This document shows positions 34,988 to 47,061 of a stretch of 64,000 nucleotides of DNA, one piece after another. The notes beneath the pieces are model-generated. The model was not told the DNA's origin. It did no database searches and was given only the letters and a program-made list of their open reading frames with translations. This stretch comes from Ostrea edulis. Taxonomy: Eukaryota. The first letter of the stretch is position 1. Each line of letters opens with the position of its first letter. The translations under genes and the position numbers were made by a program. The stretch is taken from assembly GCF_947568905.1 (NCBI RefSeq), contig NC_079170.1, positions 21,576,001 to 21,640,000 of the forward strand, in the 5' to 3' direction.

Positions 34988-37196
34988 TTTAACTGTACTT
35001 GAGCTCTGCATTAGTTCATACACAGGCACCAGTGATGATCATGCTGAATGCTGGAATACGGAATGGATACTCGATTGTGATGTGGTATGCCAATAGTATT
35101 TGTATAGAAAGTACAATTTTGTTCACTTCGGTAGGTGACAGGCACTAATTATTAATTGTTTTTGTTTATTTTTGCTATCAGAAGTCATGTTCATGTAAAA
35201 TTAATGATGAATTTTTAGATGTAGCTGTAGGCATGTTTATAGGGTAATTTGTAGAGATTTAAGGCAACATGTCAGGAAGAATGACTAGAAAGATCAATAT
35301 AATGGGTTGCAGCATGACAGAATAAAATCTCTGTTCAGCTTGATAGAGTGAAGTACCTGAACAGCTGACTTAAAATCAGATTGCAGGACAGCAGTGCAAT
35401 GCATGCAGCTTTTATTTATGTTGTAAACTTGTGTGTGTGGCAATAAGATCAATATTCTGAACACAACTGGGATTTTAAATGATATATGAGATGTAAATCA
35501 TTAACAGTTAATACAGAAAAACAGCAGTAGACTGAGTAGTGCACACAACTGTCAATTTTATATATGACACCCTCCCCTCCTCCACTCCCCCTCCACCACC
35601 CACCCCCGGGTTGAATTTCATCAATAAGCATCATGTCTGTTGGAGTGGAATCAAGCATTTTTAATTTTATTTCATACAAGAAGTGAGGACTTTTATAAAA
35701 AAAATTATGAAAATTATCTAAGAATTTAGGTATAAACCACATAGAACTAATAAGATATTGTATAGTTGCCATGGAAACTATGAGGTCACATTGTAACTGA
35801 TATGCAGTATATAGATTAGATGCAACATCCAAGTCATGCATGGTTGATACATCATCAACTTGATGCAAGTTTGAACCACTTGAAACTACAATTTTACTGA
35901 GAAGAGTGCAAACAATGAAACAGAGAAAATTGAAGTGATCGAGATATCTTCTAGAGATTCTGGTACACCATGCATGCTCATTTGAATTGTGTAGAAATGA
36001 TAGATGTAAACATCTTTAGACTTATTGCTATTACAAACACCAATAGAGGGTTTAAATGATTGACAACCTGTTCAGAGAACTTTCAAACTAGTACATCATT
36101 TTTCAAATTTCAGTCCTGTTGACCTCCATTGTTTTACGTTAGCTATATATGATGTTTCTCATTTTGAGTTTTATCCAGTATTACTATCCATATCAAATTT
36201 AAGGGGAATTTTAAAGATGAAATCCAGGTGTTCATATTTATATTCATATTGTTGGACTTTGAGAATGGTAGAAAATGATAGTAGAATATATAAAAGGAGT
36301 TAAGTTATAATTCATATATACTTTAGCTCAGGAGTTTCCTGTATCAATTGAAGGGAAATTTTTACCCGTGATAGGCAGATAATCATTTTTTGTCACAAGA
36401 AGAAAGGTGTCCAGAAGTTTACAGGTGGCAAAAAGAACCTTGATATTCCTTGACAGCATATACATGTTATTTGCTACAAAACTAATAGCTCGCAGTTGGT
36501 CTGCAAAATTAGTGATAAAAGATTTGTTATCTATCACTAAACTAGATTGGAAAACAGTTCAGGAAGAACGTTGTATGCTAATTACATGTTCTCGGCATTA
36601 TAAGTTCTCTGAAGCACACTGTCACCACGAAACAGGAAGTAAATCTTGGAACCTAGTGTTCATCCGCTTTCAGGACAGGAAATAAAGACAAAATGAACTT
36701 TAAGAATAAAAGAAAAACTTGCTATTCAGTTGGTGAAAACAGACAAGACACAGACATGTTTTTAATCATTCCTTTGAATTTTTTCAATTTTAATATTTAG
36801 CATGCATATTTCATGTGTTTCTTCAAGGAAGTAGATGCACTATTGTGTGCTTGATGCATGATAAGAGCGGAATATAGGAGATGCCCTCAATCTTCAAAGT
36901 GTCTCGCTTCACACTCGGATTTAATGTATTGGGTGAGGAAATTCTCTGGGGAACACTACACACTTCGGCTTACTTGGTGCTGGTATTGTATTTGTGACAT
37001 GTATGATGTGAATCCACTCGTGTTACAATTGATTTAGGTTTGTATCGATTATCAAAGTAACATGCTACATTTTTACAGATCTTGAATGCCAGTAAAAAAA
37101 ATAATAGCCGTTTAAAAACAGTTACACAATTTAAGTCAGTACAGTATTTGAATAAGAATATCATAAAGAAACAGTATGCCTGCCAGGATATGTGTG

Positions 37197-37543
37197 CCTG
37201 TCAGGATGGGAGGCTGTTGTTGGGCTGTGGGCCTGTCAGGATGGGAGGCTATTGTTGGGCTGTGGGCCTGTCAGGATGGGAGGCTGTTGTTGGGCTGTGG
37301 GCCTGTCAGGATGGGAAGCTGTTATTGGGCTGTGGGCCTGCCAGGATGGGAGGCTGTTGTTGGGCTGTGGGCCTGTCAGGATGGGAGGCTATTGTTGGGC
37401 TGTGGGCCTGTCAGGATGGGAGGCTGTTGTTGGGCTGTGGGCCTGTCAGGATGGGAGGCTGTTGTTGGGCTGTGGGCCTGCCAGGATGGGAGGCTGTTAT
37501 TGGGCTGTGGGCCTGCCAGGATGGGAGGCTGTTGTTGGGCTGC
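37197..37543. repeat. 35-bp G-rich tandem array, ~10 copies
   Basis: Unit cctgtcaggatgggaggctgttgttgggctgtggg. Confidence 0.95.
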
Positions 37544-38094
37544 TAATCATTTGTTTCTTGAGTTGGTCCACTTTGTTTACTTCTTTTGTCGACTCTAGAC
37601 TACATGCATTTAGTAATGCTTAATAAAGAATCTCACCGGGTACAAGTTGATTTTTGCACTAATTACCGTAATTAATTAGCTCGTCCTCCTTTCAATTATA
37701 TTGGATTTTGTCTGTCTGTCTCTTTGTCTACACCAGTAACCATGGTGATAGCTTTTGAAGTATGCAAATAAAGACTTTATTTCATTGTGATGTGAAAGGT
37801 CATGGTAAAATGCTATGAGACTGATAAAGGTCAAGGTCATTGATCAAGTTTAAATTTGACACATTTGAATGATACCATGCTCACAAATCTTATAGCAATG
37901 TTGTCTTCAATCAGTGAAATACTTCAAATTTATAAATTGCAGTATTAATTATTTAATCATTCTTTTTATCTATTCTAGAGAGGAAGATAATGTGAAAAAC
38001 ATGTGGAAAAGCTAGAGACTATGAACTGGTAATTGAAAGTAGACCATCAAATATTACGGACTTTCATGTAAGTAAGCAAACTTCAAGTATAGAT

Positions 38095-39015
38095 ATGGCC
38101 AACGTGTGCATTCAGATGTGTGAGTCCATGTACCAGCTGCCGTCCCGAATTTCCTGCTTCCTGCTCATGCTTATCCAGGGAGGAATACTTAACTATTATC
38201 TGGTAACCCACAAAAATGTCTACTGGTATGGCTGGATTGGTGCAGATGTTGCAATCGCATTTGTGCTATTTGTGGCTTTTATGATTTCGTATCGACATCT
38301 TAAATATATTCGGAGATCGAGTACCAGTAACAGGCCCATCCAGGCTGGTAGTCTGCCCCTGGGTTACTTTGCTTGGTTTATTTACTCGCTTGCCCTGGCA
38401 GGAAGGGTAGGAATAATTTTCAATGACTTTGCTTGGAAACTCAATGAAGAAGATGTGTTTGGACCAAATACTTTAAAAATTACCATCTCCTTAGCTGCTA
38501 TTATATTTTTGTTGCTGTTGATGAGTCATCACGATGCTGAACCAAACACTAAACGTCGTTACTACATCGAGGAAATGACCGCCACAGTCGTGTTTGACAT
38601 TCTGGATTCTGTGGACGCTCTGGACATTATGTTTGAGAAAAACGACATTGACGATTTGCCCAATGGAATGGGGTTGTGTATCATCAGCATTTCCTGCCTA
38701 AACCTGATCCTGCCGGTTTTTCCGCTGTGTACACTGAGTCGAACCCACTTTGGACATCACGTGAACCACGAGACGATCATCCTCTTACATAAACTGTCAC
38801 TGGTTTTTGTAGTCAATCTGCCATTACTGGTGTTCAGGCTAGTTTTGTGGCATGCTCTCAGTAAAGAAATCTCCATTTTCCCGGTAAAGAACGTGATTGT
38901 GATGTTTCTAGTTTTTCAAGATCTGTACGAGAAAAATCGACAGAAACTACGGGCAAGAGACGAGACGGACTCCACAGCCTCCCATGAGATGAAACGATTT
39001 CCCGTCCTGTCGTGA
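38095..39015 (+). CDS. Multi-pass membrane protein, TMEM121/CECR6-like (306 aa, single coding exon)
   Basis: About 6-7 hydrophobic segments; YGWIGADV, VFDILDSVDALDIMF and NLPLLVFRLVLW motifs recall the TMEM121 family; AG acceptor near 37978. Confidence 0.7.
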   Translation: MANVCIQMCESMYQLPSRISCFLLMLIQGGILNYYLVTHKNVYWYGWIGADVAIAFVLFVAFMISYRHLKYIRRSSTSNRPIQAGSLPLGYFAWFIYSLALAGRVGIIFNDFAWKLNEEDVFGPNTLKITISLAAIIFLLLLMSHHDAEPNTKRRYYIEEMTATVVFDILDSVDALDIMFEKNDIDDLPNGMGLCIISISCLNLILPVFPLCTLSRTHFGHHVNHETIILLHKLSLVFVVNLPLLVFRLVLWHALSKEISIFPVKNVIVMFLVFQDLYEKNRQKLRARDETDSTASHEMKRFPVLS

Positions 39016-40020
39016 TGGTGGATATAAATCTGTGTTGCTGTACATGTATATTAAGATATTTTATACGGTAATATGAAGGATGTTGTGATATTTGATAGAT
39101 TTGCTTATATATTTTGTGTAACACAATATTGGTTTATATTCCTCAATGGAAATATGGTAATTTTTTTATTTGGTTGTATTTTATAAGAATTGATAATTTC
39201 ATCCAATATTTCAAGTTTGGCAATAGATCTATTGCTTTTTGCTTTTCCACTTAAGTTTTAGCAGTGATGTTTCAATAGTTTAAACTTACAACATAAATCA
39301 ATATGTAGAAATGTACAAGTCAGTTTAAAACATAAGTTTTGAACATGTTTAAGTAGATAATAAGAAATACCCAAAACAAGGATAGTTTCAGTCACTAATT
39401 GATGAATTACTGAGGAAATTACATTGATGGATTACTTTATGATTTCCATGTAGTCTCTACAGCTTTAAGTATCAATTTTGAAATTCTGTTAAATTGTATG
39501 TTTACTTATGAAATGTGTGATGTTAAAACATTGATGCTTATATTGAATGCTTTGAGAATTCAAACTAGACACGTGTTGCAAGATGTTAAAGTCAGATTGA
39601 AATCCGTCTCACTTACCTACAAAATATGATCGAAATTGTGAAGATGTTAAAAAATTTACAAAAGTGTTAAGTACAGCAGCAAAATTGAATGTGACAAGTG
39701 GAAAAAATTAGCAGAAAATTGACAGTTGATGCTGAAAATCAACTTTCATTTGCATCCGAGAAATATTTACACAATTCACAAATATCCCCGTCTCACAAAT
39801 TTTATTTTATTTTTATTTATTTTATTTTTTTACAAATGGTGTACATGTACATGTTGACTGACCCCATGAATTTTACTTTGGGATAAATCGAAAATAAGAA
39901 TAGTCACAAATAAATTTTATGCAGATTTTTGGTTTTGATAAAATTTGCTCAGTATATAGACTGCATGTATAGAAGTAATAGTGGTACAATTTATATTTAA
40001 AATGGTACATGCATATATGC

Positions 40021-40215
40021 CCTGGTCCCGCGGGTACTCACAGAAACCTAATATATCAATAAGAGAAATATACGTCCTGGTCCCGAGGTACACACAGAAA
40101 CCTAATATATCAATAAGAGAAATATACGTCCTGGTCCCGAGGTACACACAGAAAATTAATATATCAATAAGAGAAATATACGTCCTGGTCCCGAGGTACA
40201 CACAGAAACCTAATA
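40021..40215. repeat. 54-bp tandem array, ~3.6 copies
   Basis: cctggtccc recurs at 40021, 40076, 40130, 40184. Confidence 0.9.
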
Positions 40216-43200
40216 TATAATATATAAATACTTTTTTAATATATATGTATGCAAGACAACTTATTAAAATGGTATACACATTGATATATTATATACATGT
40301 ATATTGGGAATACTAGTTTAGGTGGTAATTCATTTGTAAACATATTTATTTATAAAACAGGGTGTCTCATTTTCCATATGTTTAGTGTACTACAATGAGC
40401 TATATGTAATGTACAAAAAGAAGATGTTATTTATGTAATTATATCAAAGTCAGAATGTCTTTAACTCTCGTGTAGGACTGCAGAGTAAGCCATTGACTTT
40501 CTGTCATACACTAAAACAAACATTCACTGATGTCCACGTACATATATATTTTATGTCCTCCGAAAGATGATGCTCTTACCCATGGAAATTCTTGGATGTT
40601 CTAATTTTCTTCTGGTTTTAATTTAAGTTCATACTAATATGTAGTGGATTTATACCGCATAGATTCCTTGTCATTTGAAAGTATTTGATAAAATTGATTT
40701 GTGAGAAGCCTCGACAACAACAACACTCGTATGAAATCTAATTTCTTATTTATCTTACGCTAATTTTCATAGAATGGAGGCCTGTTGGCATGTTAGCTAG
40801 AGCATGCATATAATTTTATATTCATGAAAACCGACAATGGCAACTTTATCCAAACTAATTATTCTTGTGATAGAATTTTAATTCACAGTAATATACATTC
40901 ATTTAATATGTAGTGTTCTTTTTTCAGTTATAGGAGTCGGTAGATATTAGAAATTTTATGCTTCTGATGCTGAACTGATGATTTTTTGTGCATTATACTG
41001 TGCATTTTTTTTATTTTAAAATTATTATTTCTGTATGTTTAGCAATCATTCCACATGTTAGGTAGAGAAATTCCATGTTGTGTGCAATATGTTTATTCAG
41101 TCCATATTTTATTAAAGTTAACTTATTTTATCTGTTATTATACAGCATAAGATGTATCCTAATTTGTATTTTGTTTAGAGAGCTATGTAAATAGACATGT
41201 TCTCTTTATTATATATTTACATCCTGATTTTACTTGGCAATATAAGATTCCTTTCATTTCTATGTTTTCAATAACACTCGAGATCGTCAGCTTTTCCTCA
41301 AGTTACCAAGGATCGAATTAGAAGCAATTGCCTCCATCTTCACTAATCTGTAAATTGACTTCATTGTTTTTTACATATATAGACGTATTAATGTGAAATT
41401 TTACATTGAAGCACAGTGCAAGAAATACCATATGAAATGTTGACAGTTTCCTGTTTAAACCTTCAGGTTATCTTCTTTGAGCTGTTTTTTATCTTGCCTG
41501 TTTTAATGTGTTCATTTCCATTTACATACATTCAAAACCTTCAAATGGCACATTACAATGCAAAGCCTATTGTATATCTGTATATTAAGTGATTGCTCAT
41601 TATGCATGAATAGCCGTTGTTATAAATTTTCTTGTTTTTAATCGAGTAAATGTTCAGAATCATCGACTTATTATCTGGTGAATGTCTTTGTGAAACACTG
41701 TTATTTTTTATTTAAATCATTTTAAAGTCTACAAAATCAAGGGACGAGGTTCACAAAGGGCATATAATAATAATAATAATACCATATTTATATAGCACCC
41801 TTTCCATACACTATGTACGCTCAAAGGTGCTTTACAATGCATATATACCTTACAACAGAATGTTATACACATAATACATAGAAAATAAATAAAACATTAA
41901 AATCTGTACCTATCCTCATTGTACGTATTAAACATGAAAACACAAGATACTATAAATATGCTAGATAAGAATAAACATCAGTTTCAGGGCGTATTAAAAT
42001 AATAATAATAATGAAATACACACACGCACACACAGCATATAATGTCTCGGGTATAATACATTAAAACATACAATTCCTTTTATATTGACCCACGGTCGGA
42101 AATCCACGGTCGGAAATCCATGGTGGGTCACACTTCTTTGAGGTAAAAGCAGTGCGATCGACTGTACGTGGGTTTCCGACGATGATATTGACCTTGGAAT
42201 AATTTACCATAAAATTCAAGATTATAAGATTAAAATTTTAGAAGTTGAAAATCATCAAAAGTAATTGTTATGTATGTCTCGGTCATCATGAGAAGTTCAG
42301 ATCTGCAATTTTGTCAGAACTAAATTATGAAAATTAATTGTTTTCATTAAAATCATGTTAATATATATATACACTGTATATTTAAAAAATGCACCCCTCC
42401 CCCCTTGCCAAACATCAGAATACCATAGATGATAAATTATCAGTGTTTAATTGTATCTTTAAAGAATGAAAGTGATAGAAAAACCGTGGCTTGGTGTCCA
42501 TGGTTTTACACTTCATAAACAACCAGTACTGTAAACTGACTCAAGCCATTGTAAATGTATATATATATATATACCCTTGTAAATTTTATTGAAAGCCTGA
42601 TAGGAATTACCAGTACATAATGTCCATCATCACATTTGTTCTAAAGTTCTCATGGGCCCTTCCCGACAGTAATTTTTCTAGTTTTATTTTTCAAAAAAAA
42701 AAATATTTCTTTTAAATTAGATTATTGTAAAATAATGAAACTACTATATTGTGCTTTTAAAATACAATTAGTTAATTAGGTTAATTTTGTGAACTTCAGT
42801 ACTCTATTGGTCAATTCAAGCAAGTATAATTTAAAATGAATTTGAGAAAACCCATGCATGTATCTAATTAAAGTGTATTAGTTACACATTGAATCAGTAT
42901 TTGGTATTAAAGTTTATATTTAAAAAAATACGTGCCATAATCGTGTCATAATAAGAATACATGGAAATTTTAGGAAAAAATGCAATTTACAATAAATTTT
43001 TGTTTGCATTCATTCATGATTAAATTTTTAATCTGAAAATGAATCTCAAAATAATATATGTGTAGAATTATTATCCAGAATTATTATACATGTAGTGAAT
43101 TTTTTTTTACATGAATGGACATGTTGATTATACTCAATCCAGACCCCTCGGGTTTTGGAAATATTATCATAATTCATAACACTAGATGCTTGTGTTTAAT

Positions 43201-43582
43201 TAACAAGATTATTGCTGTTTTTGCCTTGAATCTGTACATGTCCGAAGTTGTTTGAACAGAGTTGCTGGATTAAAAAAATGTGAAATATTTTTTGTGGCCA
43301 TTTACATGTACATACATTTGTAATAGAGAAACAGCGTAAGATGCAAATGAGCTTAGGGTGTGTTTGTGAGTTTAAATGTGCAGGTTTTAGAAATGAGCTT
43401 TGTTAAATAGTACATGTATTAACAATGGTAAAATGGTTTGCAAATGAGAATTCCAAAAGATGAACTTGCTGTGTGTTGGTGATATTGAAGAATTTTTAGG
43501 TGTTTTTTTTCCTGATTTTGTTTTAAGATTTCTTTATTTTGTGATGTGAAGCCTAATGTACCAATAAATGTTATCTCAAAAT

Positions 43583-43780
43583 GTTTTACTGCCTTTGATA
43601 TTATGCTTTACTGCCTTTTGATTGGCTAGCTCAATATGAATATCAAACGTTTTACTGCCTTTGATTGGCTAGCTCAATATGAATTTAATGTCATTGTTTT
43701 ACTGCCTTTGATTGGCTATAAGCTCAATATGAATGTCATTGTTTTACTGCCTTTGATTGGCTAACTCAAAGTGAATGTCA
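43583..43780. repeat. ~40-bp degenerate tandem array (ttttactgcctttgattggct)
   Basis: About 5-6 copies seen directly. Confidence 0.8.
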
Positions 43781-44874
43781 TTGAGTGCAAGATTAAAGCA
43801 GTGCTGGTATAGAAAAGATAGATGATTCAAAGGAGAGATTCTAAAAGACGTAAAACCCTCTTTTTTTATTATTATATACAATGTAAATCCAATACAATAT
43901 ACAAAGAACCATGTTTTTACCATCAATTTTGGAGTCCGTGAAAATCAAATGCAGTTGAAGAATGAAATCGAATAAAGAAATGCATATATTCTATGGACAA
44001 ATAACTTTGGCTGTCTATATACCTAACAAAGTGATATTGTTCCATCATTTGAAATATAACTTCCTTTTTGGATTAGATGTATAAACTTGCACGATCAATT
44101 GGATTTACAAGAAATGGCTGGAGCTGGGATCAATGAAATACCTTCAAAGCTCTGGGGAAAAAAAGTTTCTAACAAAATGAGTAAGGAGATGAAAGGAATA
44201 TTGTCATCAGTTGAAGCAAACCAAAACAATTATGTATCTGTGAAATTCACAAAGGATTGGACCAAGTTCCAAACATTTGTACAATTAATGTTTTGCATTT
44301 GTTTATTTCCCAGCTTGATTGCCGGAATTGATTTATCACATAGCACTATCTATCTGTTGAAGGATGGTCAAGTGGAAAATTGGGTATATTGCTTTTCCTT
44401 GAAGATTGCAATTCATTCTTGATTTGTGTGGAAAATATTGATTTTAGTTTACTGTGCAGTAGATTAATGGCTCCTTTCTCAAATGTCTTACAACTAAAAT
44501 AGAAGAATTCATTCTGCCTTTCAATCAAATACACATCACTAGGGTATTATTAAGTTTGGAAGTTTCTCCACTAGTTCAGAAAATCTGCAGGAGATGAAGT
44601 TCTTTTCCTAGTTTTTCTTATCTAATTTTAGAGAATGGCCTTATATAATTTTTCACAGTGAATTTAAGCACACTTTGATTTCACCATACCCTGTACACTG
44701 TGGATAATTATTCAAATGTTGCAGGTTTCATGTGACTTTTGTATTCCAGTTTTAGGGGGCAAAATACGGCCTTTAAGTATCATATATATGTGTGAAACTT
44801 GTTCAAGATGTTTGTTGTGGCATTCTCTATAATGCACCTTAAGTGTAAATGTTCTGGAACAACACTTTCCATTA

Positions 44875-45715
44875 TTTATACACAACCACCAGACAGTCAG
44901 AGTTTAACATTTATTTACATATCCAACTGAAAACTCATATTGATTACTAACATACATGCCTACATCAGAAGAACATACAATATGTACAAAACAACAAAAA
45001 ATAAAATACAGTTTGGCGTTCTGGGGGCTTCTCATTCTTATAACTCCAATACTACATAACTATATGTACTCTACTCTACTCTACACTAACTCTAGTGAAC
45101 TAGCCTTGGGCTGATCCCAGCAGGTCACGTACGACCATCTGGACTAAAACCACAACTAAGCAACTGGCTGATCCCAGTGAGCTACCCCGGGTTGATCCCA
45201 ACGGGTCCAAAAGGAGTGATGAAGCTCCGGGCTGATCCCAAGGAGCTACCCGCGACTGAATCTAGCGGGTTAATGAACACAAAAAACAAGCTCCGGGCTG
45301 ATCCCAAGGAGCTGCCCGGGGTGATCCCAGCGGGCGAGAAAACAGACTGAAGCTCCGGGCTGATCCCAGGGAGCTGAATGAGCAAATCCCCATGCATGCA
45401 AAACTGAATGGAAATGAAGCTCCGGGCTGATCCCAGGGAGCTTACCCGGGGCTGATCCCAGCGGGTAACCAACAAACCCGAATACAAATCCAATGAAGCT
45501 CGAGCTGATCTGTGAGCTTAACCATGTATATACAGAGAAACATAGACGTGGCCGAGATTCCTGCCCGAATAACGTGTCAACCTAATATCTACAATATACC
45601 GCCTGCCAACATAATTCATATACAGGTTCTAATACAATACATGTACATATAAACAAATAATGTATGTAATAAGTAAATAATCCCTTGGGGGCAAAATTCC
45701 CCCAGGAATGAACGC
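44875..45715 (-). repeat. Split direct repeat B2 (841 bp)
   Basis: Identical by eye to 46081-46921 (offset 1206; duplicate 103-aa ORFs confirm). Confidence 0.95.
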
Positions 45716-45821
45716 TCCCTTGGGGGCAAAATTCCCCCAGGAATGAACGCCATGAACAAAAGGAATGAGGAGCCCCAATAAGAGAAGAGAGCCGGGGAAG
45801 TTGATGGGGAAGGTGGGTGGG

Positions 45822-46080
45822 TAGCTGCTGTTACTTTCAGTCTCCTACAAGGCTATACAATGAACTTAATCAGCATCCCCCTCTAGGCATCAATGCTCCC
45901 GGCTACTCTAATCTGATTGGTCATCTAATTACACTGACCAATACCAAATCTAATTTTAGAATCGATATGATAAATAAAAACAAAGCAACATCAAATATCC
46001 TAATTAAACATAGTTAGCTAAGTACAGGAAAAGGAAACCAACGTTGTGTATAAATAATAATTTAATAAATCAAATTTCAA
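45822..46080 (-). repeat. Split direct repeat A2 (259 bp)
   Basis: Identical by eye to 51143-51401. Confidence 0.95.
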
Positions 46081-46921
46081 TTTATACACAACCACCAGAC
46101 AGTCAGAGTTTAACATTTATTTACATATCCAACTGAAAACTCATATTGATTACTAACATACATGCCTACATCAGAAGAACATACAATATGTACAAAACAA
46201 CAAAAAATAAAATACAGTTTGGCGTTCTGGGGGCTTCTCATTCTTATAACTCCAATACTACATAACTATATGTACTCTACTCTACTCTACACTAACTCTA
46301 GTGAACTAGCCTTGGGCTGATCCCAGCAGGTCACGTACGACCATCTGGACTAAAACCACAACTAAGCAACTGGCTGATCCCAGTGAGCTACCCCGGGTTG
46401 ATCCCAACGGGTCCAAAAGGAGTGATGAAGCTCCGGGCTGATCCCAAGGAGCTACCCGCGACTGAATCTAGCGGGTTAATGAACACAAAAAACAAGCTCC
46501 GGGCTGATCCCAAGGAGCTGCCCGGGGTGATCCCAGCGGGCGAGAAAACAGACTGAAGCTCCGGGCTGATCCCAGGGAGCTGAATGAGCAAATCCCCATG
46601 CATGCAAAACTGAATGGAAATGAAGCTCCGGGCTGATCCCAGGGAGCTTACCCGGGGCTGATCCCAGCGGGTAACCAACAAACCCGAATACAAATCCAAT
46701 GAAGCTCGAGCTGATCTGTGAGCTTAACCATGTATATACAGAGAAACATAGACGTGGCCGAGATTCCTGCCCGAATAACGTGTCAACCTAATATCTACAA
46801 TATACCGCCTGCCAACATAATTCATATACAGGTTCTAATACAATACATGTACATATAAACAAATAATGTATGTAATAAGTAAATAATCCCTTGGGGGCAA
46901 AATTCCCCCAGGAATGAACGC
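46081..46921 (-). repeat. Split direct repeat B1 (841 bp)
   Basis: Abuts A2; identical to B2. Confidence 0.95.
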
Positions 46922-47061
46922 CAAATGAACGAAAGGAATGAGTGAAGCCCCCAAGAACCGGTAGTCATGAAAAAAGAAAAAAAAAAAAAAAAAAATTTTT
47001 AACATGTAATAATAATAGGCTCATGTACACAGTAGAAAAGAAAAAAAAAAGAAACAACATA

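Noticed and set aside
37082-37623. Cys/Gly-rich ORFs resembling metallothionein or keratin-associated proteins
   Set aside because: Products of a 35-bp repeat open in all three frames.
44087-44422. 111-aa ORF beside the Ngaro end
   Set aside because: No start ATG in good context, no recognisable motif; likely a degraded fragment or chance.
45104-45519. Hammerhead, K-turn or IRE interpretation of the B-repeat hairpins
   Set aside because: No CUGANGA/GAAA pair, no tandem GA-AG pairs and no CAGUGN loop.
45182-46699. Duplicated 103-aa ORFs as protein genes
   Set aside because: They are translations of the hairpin array within B1/B2 with no domain signal.
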